From positions 1,504,001 to 1,568,000 of the forward strand of contig CP000070.1 in the NCBI GenBank assembly GCA_000002445.1: 64,000 nt of DNA, written 5' to 3'. Shown in pieces: positions 32,022 to 41,249 of the stretch. The notes under the pieces were generated by a model, which saw only the letters and a program-made list of their open reading frames with translations, was not told the DNA's origin and did no database searches. The translations under genes were made by a program, and so were the position numbers. This DNA is from Trypanosoma brucei. Lineage: Eukaryota. Within the stretch, counting starts at the first letter, position 1; the number at the start of each line of letters is the position of its first letter.

Positions 32022-32929
32022 CGGATGTTTGTTGCTGAGTATGTGAAGGCTGTGACATATTTGATTTTGAATACAATAGTGGTTACAGGTGCGCGAATTG
32101 GGGTGAGTGGGCGTCCGGGAGTGGTTTCAAGTTAATATTTATGTTTCCTTCTTTTTTTTTTCACTTTGGTGGTGTCAGGCCATTGTTATCACCTACACGC
32201 CGTGTTCTGGTGGAACAGTAATGGTGGTGTTTGGGAGTGTTGTTTCCTATTTTTTTAATTCTGTTTTGATCATTCTGTGTAACCATTCACGGAGGTTCTG
32301 GTGCTCTGTTTGATCTATTTTTTTTGTTTCGTTTTTATGTGATAACCATCAGGACTGTGTGCAGCGGTTACTCGGTTCTAACCTTTTATGTCACCTATTA
32401 TTTTTGTTATTTATTTAAGTGGGGGGAAAACGTTCTAACTGAAGGAATGGCAAATGTTGGGAACAATCAGGCACTGGTAAATTTACGTTTCTGAATTTCC
32501 ATATTTCTTTGAAATAAATAATGTATTCTGCGTACCTGCTTTTTGGTTATGTGGCTGTTGAATTTTTTTTTCCTTGTAAAGACGGTCATTTCACTTGTAT
32601 GAATCACTTTCGCCTTTTGTGCAGCCTCGTAGAAAAGTTAAGAAAAAAAACGCTTATCTCTATACGGATACGCCGTTGGACGTCACGGAACTGTGCTTGG
32701 CGCAATGCAGCTATGGTTATAGGAAAGATACATTTTGTTTAAGAAGAATTATGAATATGTGTCATGGCTGTGGACAAAAGAGAAAAAGAAGGGCATCTCC
32801 GGTGACCGGAGGTGACGGATGGCCTACCGCCGCGGTTTAAAACTTCAAATTTGAAGTATTTCTTCAGTCTGAATATTTCGCCACCCAGGACCACTTAGAC
32901 TAGTTACTCTACCCAATATTCATGGGTAT

Positions 32930-33022
32930 TCTGTGAATGATGAACTTAAACATACTTTTTTCCTAACAAAACGCCTGAATGTGTTGAATGATGCACAACC
33001 AATACGTGTGTTCTGATAATTG
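32930..33022 (+). ncRNA. Candidate C/D-box snoRNA (C, D', C', D boxes in canonical order)
   Basis: Located in the spacer between DERA and the next gene. C box AUGAUGA is at 32937-32943, D' CUGA at 32975-32978, C' UGAUGC at 32989-32994 and D CUGA at 33013-33016. Spacings C-D' ~32 nt and C'-D ~19 nt give a total of ~90 nt. Strand assumed + (same as the PTU). Not verified by any fold or target search. Confidence 0.35.
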
Positions 33023-33589
33023 GTATTTACCACCACCACCACCCTTAGTTAAACATATAAAAACATCATCCGCCGTAACGAACAGTTTTGGGACTTCACA
33101 TTTAGTTGGAGTTGCCCCAGCACTCTCGTGACACAAAATGTTAATACATCATTTCCCCCTAACTTGCAATCAATCCCCTATTTGTTTCGAAAGAGTATAA
33201 ATATTTTTTGAATGTCTGCGACGAGTGTATTAAATTTTTATTTATTTGCTCTCATGCGTTACGTATAGTACTTCGGCGATCGTCTTTTTGTTGCAATAAA
33301 TCATCCTCTTTGGGGGTGCTCTCCGCGTGCCTTGGAGATACCATGCAAATCATCCATTTTTGACTACCAGCCGTCACAGTCTCTTCACTTTTTTCATTTT
33401 CTTTTAAAACAGTGCAGCAGAGAGAGGGCAACGCATTCCGTTAAGAAGCTGTCAAGATATTTTTTGTCTCTTTGCCCTCCGGCAGGTTGCAGTTGTTCTT
33501 ACTCCGTTCAAGACAAGGCACGGGGGCGTGTAAGAGAAACAAAAGAAAATAAGTAAAAAAATAATAGCAAAGTAGGCAAGGTTGGCGTG

Positions 33590-35416
33590 ATGCCGACAAC
33601 GGCGGATATTGCGCAAAGCACAACCGAGCCACTGAGAGAACGACTACGCCGTACAACTGTACCTTCTTCCGTTACAACAACTTCGTCAACTGCGGAGGAC
33701 ACGGGAAGTGGTACAGAAGAAAGCTGCACTACACTCCTGCGAGGGGATCCGCAACTCGCTGCGGTGCTCGGTACGCTGCCAAGTTCATCGCGCGAGCTTC
33801 TGAGGCGCATTGAGCAACAGAAGGATGAAATTACCGTCTTAAAGGAGGAAAACACACGGCTACGGGCCCGGGAGGTTGAGGTATCGGCTTTAACACTTCG
33901 GCTGCAGCAGCAGTTCTCAGCAACGCAACTTCAAGTGGATCGCTTGAAATCACAAATACGTATGGAACTTATCAACCCCGTGACGGAAGATGAGTATAGG
34001 GCAATTGAGGCACTTGAAGAAAGCAAGAGGGATTTACTGGATACGGTGAAATGTGGTATTTTTCAACAACTTGGTTCCATGAGGGCTTCTAGGGATACTG
34101 CGGTCAGACGGGCAAGCGAGTTGGCAACTGAAGTCGCACGGCTCACTGATGAGAACAAAGAGCTTCAGCAGCGGATTAAAGAAACTGAAACAGTATTGGA
34201 TGTGGAGAGGCAGTCATTCCGAAGACAACTGCAGGAAGCAGAGCAAAGAGGTAGCTTAGTAACTGAATTAGAGGGGAAACTACGGGATGTGGAAACTCGA
34301 CTTAAAAATGCTTATATTGATCAAGAGCAGTTTCTCACAGCGAAACTGAATGCATCTGTGAAGACGGAGGATGCAACTAGACTTACACTGCGGGTACGTG
34401 AGGCAGAGATGGATGTTGAACGCTACAAAACCGCGGCAGAGTGTTCTGAGCAGAAACTTGATATACTGAAGGGAGAGTACTATGAACTGAAGCTGAAGAA
34501 CACCCAACGTATCATGGAACTGGAGGCATGCCTGAGAGCAGCGGAAGAAAAACTGAAAACCCTGTCAGACTTGGAACTTGAATCTGAGCTGTTCATATCG
34601 AATCTCGCTCAACAAGCGGACGGTCAACTAACCTTCTCCAGTATGTCTGCACCATCCGCTGGTGGGGGCGTTGTAGGAGACAAGGCTGCGCCTACATCAA
34701 CAAACGCATTGAGTAGCTATGAAAGTTGGTTGGCACTTCCACGCTCGCGTAAGTTGGCTCACACATTAACTGTGACGAAGCGTTGCTTGAATTTGGAAAA
34801 CCGCCTTACTGCGCTACAACATGACATTGAGTTTAAAGACAAACAACTCGCGCGACTCCAGACGTCGTTAGAAATGGCCCGGGAGGCTCTTAACAACACA
34901 AATAGCCCCTTTGCTATGGTGGAACGCACCGTCGAGAAGCTAACCGCTGATAATGAAGAGCTGCATAACAAAGTGATGAATCTTTCGGAAGAAAACGCAC
35001 TGCTTCGCCAGCGACTGGAGCAGAGAACCACCGATGTTCAAGTATTGTGCAATCACCGTAAGGAACTCCTTCGCATTCAGCGCATTCTTCGACGCCTCGG
35101 TCTTGAAAACCAAGTAGCTGATTCGGCCTCGCTGCCGTGTGGGACAAATAGAAAAGTGCAACGACCTCATGACCAAGGTGAAGTCGATGCCACTGGGGAA
35201 CTTGGAGGGAGCGGATACCGGCTAACGACAGCACATTTCGAATCACCAACTGATCCCTCAAAACAATACTCACGGTACCCAACTGATGATTCTCTGCGAA
35301 CCACTGCTGAAACAAAGATGTCAGCAACGGAGTGCAATATGCAGCAGACAATTGGTACGGAGGGGAACAGCTTCAATGCAGTAGTAACCCCAGGCGTTAT
35401 ACAGTTTTCCTCCTGA
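33590..35416 (+). CDS. Coiled-coil protein (~608 aa)
   Basis: The track start 33587 is GTG, and ATG follows immediately at 33590 (MPTTADIAQ). Extensive heptad-like Glu/Leu/Lys/Arg sequence (ITVLKEENTRLRAREVEVSALTLRLQQQ..., LTDENKELQQRIKETE...). The C-terminal ~90 aa are non-coiled. Confidence 0.55.
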   Translation: MPTTADIAQSTTEPLRERLRRTTVPSSVTTTSSTAEDTGSGTEESCTTLLRGDPQLAAVLGTLPSSSRELLRRIEQQKDEITVLKEENTRLRAREVEVSALTLRLQQQFSATQLQVDRLKSQIRMELINPVTEDEYRAIEALEESKRDLLDTVKCGIFQQLGSMRASRDTAVRRASELATEVARLTDENKELQQRIKETETVLDVERQSFRRQLQEAEQRGSLVTELEGKLRDVETRLKNAYIDQEQFLTAKLNASVKTEDATRLTLRVREAEMDVERYKTAAECSEQKLDILKGEYYELKLKNTQRIMELEACLRAAEEKLKTLSDLELESELFISNLAQQADGQLTFSSMSAPSAGGGVVGDKAAPTSTNALSSYESWLALPRSRKLAHTLTVTKRCLNLENRLTALQHDIEFKDKQLARLQTSLEMAREALNNTNSPFAMVERTVEKLTADNEELHNKVMNLSEENALLRQRLEQRTTDVQVLCNHRKELLRIQRILRRLGLENQVADSASLPCGTNRKVQRPHDQGEVDATGELGGSGYRLTTAHFESPTDPSKQYSRYPTDDSLRTTAETKMSATECNMQQTIGTEGNSFNAVVTPGVIQFSS

Positions 35417-35701
35417 GGTGATATTATTTTTTCTTTTTCCTTCTTGCAAGCAAATGAGTTGGACGAAAAGTGTTTCTGCGCGTCCGACTGCCTCTTCTGG
35501 CGGCTCTTTCGCTACGTGTGTAACTCCTCCTCTTCGTTTGGGGCACATCAGTTGGATGAGAACCTCCTTCACTATTTCCACAAAAGATGAAGAAATTTTA
35601 ATGGTTTGCTTACTGGTTCACCCTCGTAGATTTTTTGTCTTTTGCCTTTGGGCAGTGAATTGGTTCAATGTGGCTGACCGGTGTTGTGAGAGGAGGAAGG
35701 T

Positions 35702-35716
35702 GGGGGGGGGGGGGGG
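35702..35716. repeat. Homopolymer G15 (C15 on the other strand)
   Basis: Uninterrupted run gggggggggggggg in an intergenic spacer. A likely polymerase-slippage / sequencing hotspot. Confidence 0.9.
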
Positions 35717-36475
35717 AATCCCAGTGATAGTTAATTGAAGTGGCACTCAACAGGTTATGGGTGTCAAAATGGTGACATTAAAGCCGCTGGTTTGTGTCTA
35801 CCGATCTTGGCGACGAGATTCTTCCGTGGAAGCAGGCGGGAAAGTTAACATTGTGGAGCGTTTTTTTTATTGTTTACAAAACCCCCAATGACAACAACAA
35901 CAACAAGCGTCGGTAGTGCTGCAAGGAATGCAGGCGGCTATAGGAACAGCGGGTATTTCAGGGTGGGAAACACATTTTACCAGCAAGGCGTCACACATTT
36001 TTGTTGCGTCGGTATACTTGAGATGAGTTCCTGTCCTGCCATATATGTGACAATAGGCGTGTTTCGCAGGCTGATGCAACTTTATGAGGGAAGGGGAAAT
36101 TTGGGAATCAAAATTTAAGGTTTACTTCCCTGCTGCTCGTATTGCAAATTTGCAGTCCTGTGCTTTGTGTCTGTACACACATGCGCGCATACACACACTC
36201 ATAAATATTGCACGGCACTAATGTGCATTTCGTTAGTTTTCTTTTTGTTTGTTTGTTTGTTTGTGTTTCGAACCTTTATGCAACCTCATCCCATTGGTTG
36301 TTTCTTTAAACTCTCTTTTCCCTTCTATTTTTCTTTTTGGGGTCCTCCATCTTCTCACGAAAACTACCTTGGCACGTATACTATTCTCAGTTCACCTCAC
36401 TGTGGCTCGTTGTTGTCTTCGGAACTACTGCTTTACTTGCACGGTGACAGAAAGGGAAAAGAAAAAAGGGGGAAA

Positions 36476-37438
36476 ATGTCATCAACACTCCTTGCAACAG
36501 CTAACCAGTTCTATTTACTGCAACAAAAAAAAGGCCGTTCTTTCCCGCACCATGGATTCACACCACGAGCCATCGCTGCCAAGCGATTTGCAGAGAACAC
36601 CACAACGCTATCGCTTTCCGTTGGGTTTTTCCTTCCCACAATGACTCAAGTGCACCAGCAGCTCGAGCAATTGACGGTTGAGAGAGATGATATACCAATG
36701 GAAAAGGTGGTAACTACAGTAGTGGAAGCTATCAAAGATAATTTGGTTTTATTTGGTGACAAACTAGCACGACTGGCAGTGCAAACAGTAATTGCCTGTG
36801 GACTGGCTAAGAAGAATAAACCCTACATGAATAGTGTGGTGTACCTATGGAACGTATATCCGGGTCTCCACGATCACTACGTGGGGGAGACGCTCAGATA
36901 CTTGAGGCTTCCACGATTCCTTTCCTCTCTCTTTGGCCCACACGCTTTGAAGAGTGATGTTGATGTTTTCATGCAAGATATTTCCGCTGCCGCGGCAGCG
37001 GAAGACTCAATGAAACGTGCGGTTTTGGACATGGTAGCTGATAGTGTTGTTGACATGGTACGCGTATTGCTACCACCGTGGTTACTAAGGGGTCCCGCGC
37101 TGTCGTTTAAGCGGCGGTTGAAGCTGTTTGGACATGATATTCTCATGCGTTTCACAGTTGCTGTAACGAAAGTTACGGGTGCGGGAGTGGGTCGGGCCAT
37201 TGCCGGCCATCGTGGAGAGTACTGGGGTGAAATTATAGGCGTAGCAACCGCTTCATTTTTGTTCGAGCGAATTTCTGCCATGTTTCTGGATTACAAGCGG
37301 GCGGGGAGAATAGGCAGCAAGTCGGAGGTTGAGCGGGGGCGCAGCCGAAGCCACAGTCATGGTAAAGACGATGTGAAAGGGCTCACCTCCAAGCCGCAGA
37401 AGACGGGAGAAAGGGGGCGCAGGGAGGGGCGTCGATGA
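36476..37438 (+). CDS. Hypothetical protein (~320 aa), possible mitochondrial presequence
   Basis: The track ORF starts at GTG 36167 and translates low-complexity UTR-like sequence (HTHTH, FLFVCLFVF), so the first convincing ATG is 36476 (MSSTLLATANQFY). The N-terminus is basic and hydroxylated. The C-terminus is Arg/Gly/Ser-rich. No recognisable domain. Confidence 0.45.
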   Translation: MSSTLLATANQFYLLQQKKGRSFPHHGFTPRAIAAKRFAENTTTLSLSVGFFLPTMTQVHQQLEQLTVERDDIPMEKVVTTVVEAIKDNLVLFGDKLARLAVQTVIACGLAKKNKPYMNSVVYLWNVYPGLHDHYVGETLRYLRLPRFLSSLFGPHALKSDVDVFMQDISAAAAAEDSMKRAVLDMVADSVVDMVRVLLPPWLLRGPALSFKRRLKLFGHDILMRFTVAVTKVTGAGVGRAIAGHRGEYWGEIIGVATASFLFERISAMFLDYKRAGRIGSKSEVERGRSRSHSHGKDDVKGLTSKPQKTGERGRREGRR

Positions 37439-38175
37439 TTTCACCATCACAGAGGGAAAACTAAAGAAACGATGCAAAAGAAAACGAAATGAAATGAAAT
37501 GAAAAATGGAGAATAAGATAGTGGTACTGAGGGAAATGGAATGGTGACTGGGTGCGTGCAAAAGATGGTATGTCTCCTTCCCGTTGTCATAAGTCACTCT
37601 TGAATTCCCCCGTAGTGTTTTGCACCAACGTGTTGTTGACTCTGAGGGTCCACAAATCTTTTCTGTTTTAAATTACTATTATTTCTGTTATTGTGATTAT
37701 TCGTTTTCCATTTGTGTGTCTTTCTCTTCGGATTTTCCCTTGAAAGGGGGGTTACAGCATTTCTTTTTATAATGGCGGCGGTGGTGCCACACACTTTTGT
37801 TGTTGTGTTGTGTATGGGTTTGGTAATATTTTTCGGTACTGATGTTCCTCCGCCACTGGCAGTACATAGACTGCGTCGAATTGGTGCAATTCGTGTGTTT
37901 ATCCACTGCCTATGCTTAATGACTTCCCCCCTTTTTTTGCTGCTGTTGACTACATCTGCCTCCATATGAAAGCAGCAAGCGATAGAAATGATGAATTTGC
38001 TGTTGTAGTTTCGCCTCGTGATCCTGTAATCTTGTGTTGCTGTGTTTCTTTTTCACACGTGGTCTCAATGATTCGCTCGCATATTGGTTCTCTCATTCTG
38101 TTTTAAGATATGAAGTAAAGAATTGGGACCACGCAGTTTTAGCTCCTTTTTTGTTCCGCATTGTTCCAAGCACTT

Positions 38176-39072
38176 ATGTTTACCTCAACTGCTGCGTACT
38201 GCGGCTCTGCAGGGTCCCGGTTATTTGTTGTGGCGCTGTTGCTCGCATTTTGTGTTGTCACCGGTACAACTGTATCAGATGAAAGAGAAACAGTGAATTC
38301 ATCATGTGAAAATCCCTCCCTTCATGACACACATCACTGGGGATTTCTGGGCGGCGGGTATCACATGCAGTTGGAGGTCGAGTTCCCGCTTATTTTCAAT
38401 TCCGTAGACATTTCGCTTGACCTCCCGCGGACCTTCTTTTTTGATGCGGCAGAGCTTGAGCAGTTGTACAGCATCAAACTGCAGGGTAGTAAAGAAGACA
38501 TCACCTGGGCTTACCAACCACTCAGGATTTCCTCTGATTACTTCTTTGACATCGAGGCGCCAGTGTTTCATGTGGGGTATGAAGTGAATCGAGTGAACAT
38601 CACGTTTGAGCGCCTGCCGTCCGCTTCTCGAAGATATTCCAACGGAAGCGCTGCAGCTATTGATATTTTTGCATCGGCTGATGATGCAAGGGGAAGGCTG
38701 TTGGTACCAATACATGCGCGATACGAGGAGGTGGACTCAACCACACCCTTCTCTCTTCAGGCATTCTTTAGCCGCAATACTTCTGTGCGGCGGTGCATTC
38801 CTTCGATTACTGTTCGCGGTGTTGTTGTGGACCGAGGCGGGCGCTGCGTAAAGTTCGTCTCGGCTTTAATGAAGCGATATGATGACGCATTAACCTCATC
38901 ATTAACATCTCCTCCCGTATCGGTTTTGGATGGCAACATCCCGGAGACATCGCCGGGGTGCAGAAATGTACCCGTTGGCCTTTTGTCATCGCTGAGAGTT
39001 GTGTACACAACCGTGGTGGCGCTGCAGTGCATTGGAGCCGCTATTGTTATTTTGTCGCTGTTATTGTTGTAA
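38176..39072 (+). CDS. Predicted secretory/membrane protein with an N-terminal signal peptide and a C-terminal hydrophobic anchor (TM or GPI-type signal)
   Basis: The track start 38161 is TTG, and ATG is at 38176 (MFTSTAAYCGSAGSRLFVVALLLAFCVVTGTT has an h-region with a small-residue cleavage context). The C-terminus VVALQCIGAAIVILSLLLL is hydrophobic to the last residue. Several N-x-S/T sequons (NSS, NIT, NGS, NTS). Confidence 0.5.
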   Translation: MFTSTAAYCGSAGSRLFVVALLLAFCVVTGTTVSDERETVNSSCENPSLHDTHHWGFLGGGYHMQLEVEFPLIFNSVDISLDLPRTFFFDAAELEQLYSIKLQGSKEDITWAYQPLRISSDYFFDIEAPVFHVGYEVNRVNITFERLPSASRRYSNGSAAAIDIFASADDARGRLLVPIHARYEEVDSTTPFSLQAFFSRNTSVRRCIPSITVRGVVVDRGGRCVKFVSALMKRYDDALTSSLTSPPVSVLDGNIPETSPGCRNVPVGLLSSLRVVYTTVVALQCIGAAIVILSLLLL

Positions 39073-39729
39073 GCAGAGAGGACTAGGGGATGCAAACAGA
39101 TAATTGAATACGGGCTGTCGGTTGGTTTACATTCGTGCATATATATATATATATATGCGTTGTAAGGGAGAGGAATTAGTGTACAATTCGTGGGAATCCG
39201 CAAGCTGGTCGGATGTGTGTACAATTAATTGTTGTTGTCCTCTCGCTGGAAGTGGCCTCAGGACGCAGCGGGTTTTTTTGTTGTGGCGGGAATTTACTTT
39301 TCTTTGGGCGAGTGTGTAGGGGGGGGGAGGTGAGACATCCACAATTACTCTTTTCGACTGTTTAATGGTGTACGCACGTATCCTCGACGAGTGTGCTTCA
39401 CAGTTTGTCGGTGTAGTATCTGCTGCGTTTTCTTCTGTATACGCGCTGTGGAGGTGCTTCTTTTTTTTTCAGCTGAAGGACCGCCTCGGTTGTTGTGTTT
39501 CCCTTAATAACTCCCTTATTATTGTTATTATTTTCTTCTTACTGTGTTTATTGCCTTTTGCATCACGACGTCTCGATGCGTCAGCTGCAGCGTGGCATTA
39601 AATTTCCTTCTTTATCGTCAAAGCTCGCAGGAAAAGCGGAGAGAGTGGGGGTGGGGGTATAGTTTGACGTGTGTTATCCAAACTGTGAACAGTAGAAGCG
39701 ATAACAACATCGAAGCAAGTAGACCAATC

Positions 39730-40779
39730 ATGGTCCGCGCCCTACGCTCTGTCACAACACACCGGCATCCCACCGTTCGTGCACCGGCCTCACTGCTTTA
39801 TAACAATCTTTCGTTTGTTGAGGAGCACTCCTTGCTGGTTTACACATCTCGCAGGGACTGTGTCATTGTGAACACCGAAACAAATCAGGCACATCTGCTC
39901 CCCATTGGATCAATGGAAAATGAAATGATTCTCCAATGTAGTGCCATTCATGCACCTGGTGCCGAGGACGGTATGGAACCGCAAGTACTTATCCTCATCA
40001 CCATGCACAAAACAACACAATTGTGGACGGCCAATAAACCCATTAGCCTTGTATCACATGGTGGTGTGCATGGGGAAGGTTCGTGCGGTGGTCTTGCCGC
40101 TTCCGCTGGGGGAGGGGCACACGTCATCATGGGCACAAGTAAAGGTGTGGTGATGTTTGCCGAATATTGTGGGGGGGCTGCACCAATGAAGGACGAGGCA
40201 GATCAAGATGCGGCAACATCGTCTTCAATCTTTCGTGTAGCTTCCGCAGTGAAGGGGCACAAGGAGCGGGCGGTCACGGCAGCGCAAATAAGTAGGTTTC
40301 CGGACTCCGAACTCCTTGCGGTAAGTGGTGACGCAGCCGGTCAGCTGCTCCTCTGGAGTCGAGACCAGCAGCCGCTCGTTTCCATCTCCACTTTGGAGTG
40401 TGTGACGGCGGTCCAAATTGTTAGTGGCGGTGACTTCGTAGTTGCAGCGAGTGGCGCCGGTCGTTTGCTGGTATTAGACTCCCATACTGGCAGCACATGC
40501 ATTGACGTATGTGCTCATTCAAGGTGGATACACAATTTGTCCTTCAACGCAGCATGTAACATGATTTTGTCTGCAGCGGAAGATGGCTATGTGACGGTGT
40601 GGGCACTTCCCAGCGATAAGAAACAAAGCATTGTGGACTTTAGACCTGCTGTGATGCATCACACTCCGCATTCATTGCCTACCGGTGCAGCAATATCTGC
40701 CGATGGGTCAACGGTTTTCGTAACTATTTATGATGTGGATGGTGTGAATCAGTACACGGTTACTGCGGACAGAGAGTGA
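39730..40779 (+). CDS. WD40-like repeat protein (~349 aa)
   Basis: The track ORF begins at 39544 inside a polyY tract, so the first ATG after it is 39730 (MVRALRSV). WD-like units are visible (GTSKGVVMFAEY, SGDAAGQLLLWS, AASGAGRLLVLDSHTGS, SAAEDGYVTVWALP). Confidence 0.55.
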   Translation: MVRALRSVTTHRHPTVRAPASLLYNNLSFVEEHSLLVYTSRRDCVIVNTETNQAHLLPIGSMENEMILQCSAIHAPGAEDGMEPQVLILITMHKTTQLWTANKPISLVSHGGVHGEGSCGGLAASAGGGAHVIMGTSKGVVMFAEYCGGAAPMKDEADQDAATSSSIFRVASAVKGHKERAVTAAQISRFPDSELLAVSGDAAGQLLLWSRDQQPLVSISTLECVTAVQIVSGGDFVVAASGAGRLLVLDSHTGSTCIDVCAHSRWIHNLSFNAACNMILSAAEDGYVTVWALPSDKKQSIVDFRPAVMHHTPHSLPTGAAISADGSTVFVTIYDVDGVNQYTVTADRE

Positions 40780-41249
40780 CAAGAGGGGACAAGCAGAAAT
40801 TTAACGGAATTGATGATATGACTTTCGTGCTGCGGTACAAAAGCAACAAAATGATAGAACACATGTGAATAGGCGGCGATACAGGCGTGTAATGAACTGA
40901 ATGAACCGTTTGCGGTGAGGTGCACCTTTTCTGCTCTCTTTGCATCCTGAGCACGGGGAGGGGCCGGAGTATTTCCCCCTGGTGTAGCGATCTCTCCGTC
41001 TGGCTTACTTTAATTGAATGTTATTCTGGTTCCCAACATTTAATGGTAGCTCTCATTGCAAAAGATCTTGGTTGTTTGCAATGTCTTTTTTTTCTATGTT
41101 GTGCGTGCAGATTCCTCTTTCTGTTACCACTGTATTTCGTTTCTGCGCTGATCTGCGGCATTACTCAAATAAATAAAGCAGCGATAGCAATAGCTATAGA
41201 TAGTGTGAAATAGAAGCCAAGGGAATCAATAATTCGAAGAAGCAAACGG

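Noticed and set aside
35702-35716. G15 and other poly-G/C runs as G-quadruplex elements
   Set aside because: These are single uninterrupted homopolymers without the four spaced G-tracts needed for a canonical intramolecular G4. They are more likely slippage-prone homopolymers.
40811-40900. UGAUGA ... CUGA pair 30 nt after the stop of the WD40-like gene
   Set aside because: The C box is preceded by U (not a purine), there is no D'/C' and the internal sequence is A-rich. Judged too weak. The similar ATGATGA at 59874 has no D box within range and sits in poly-A sequence.
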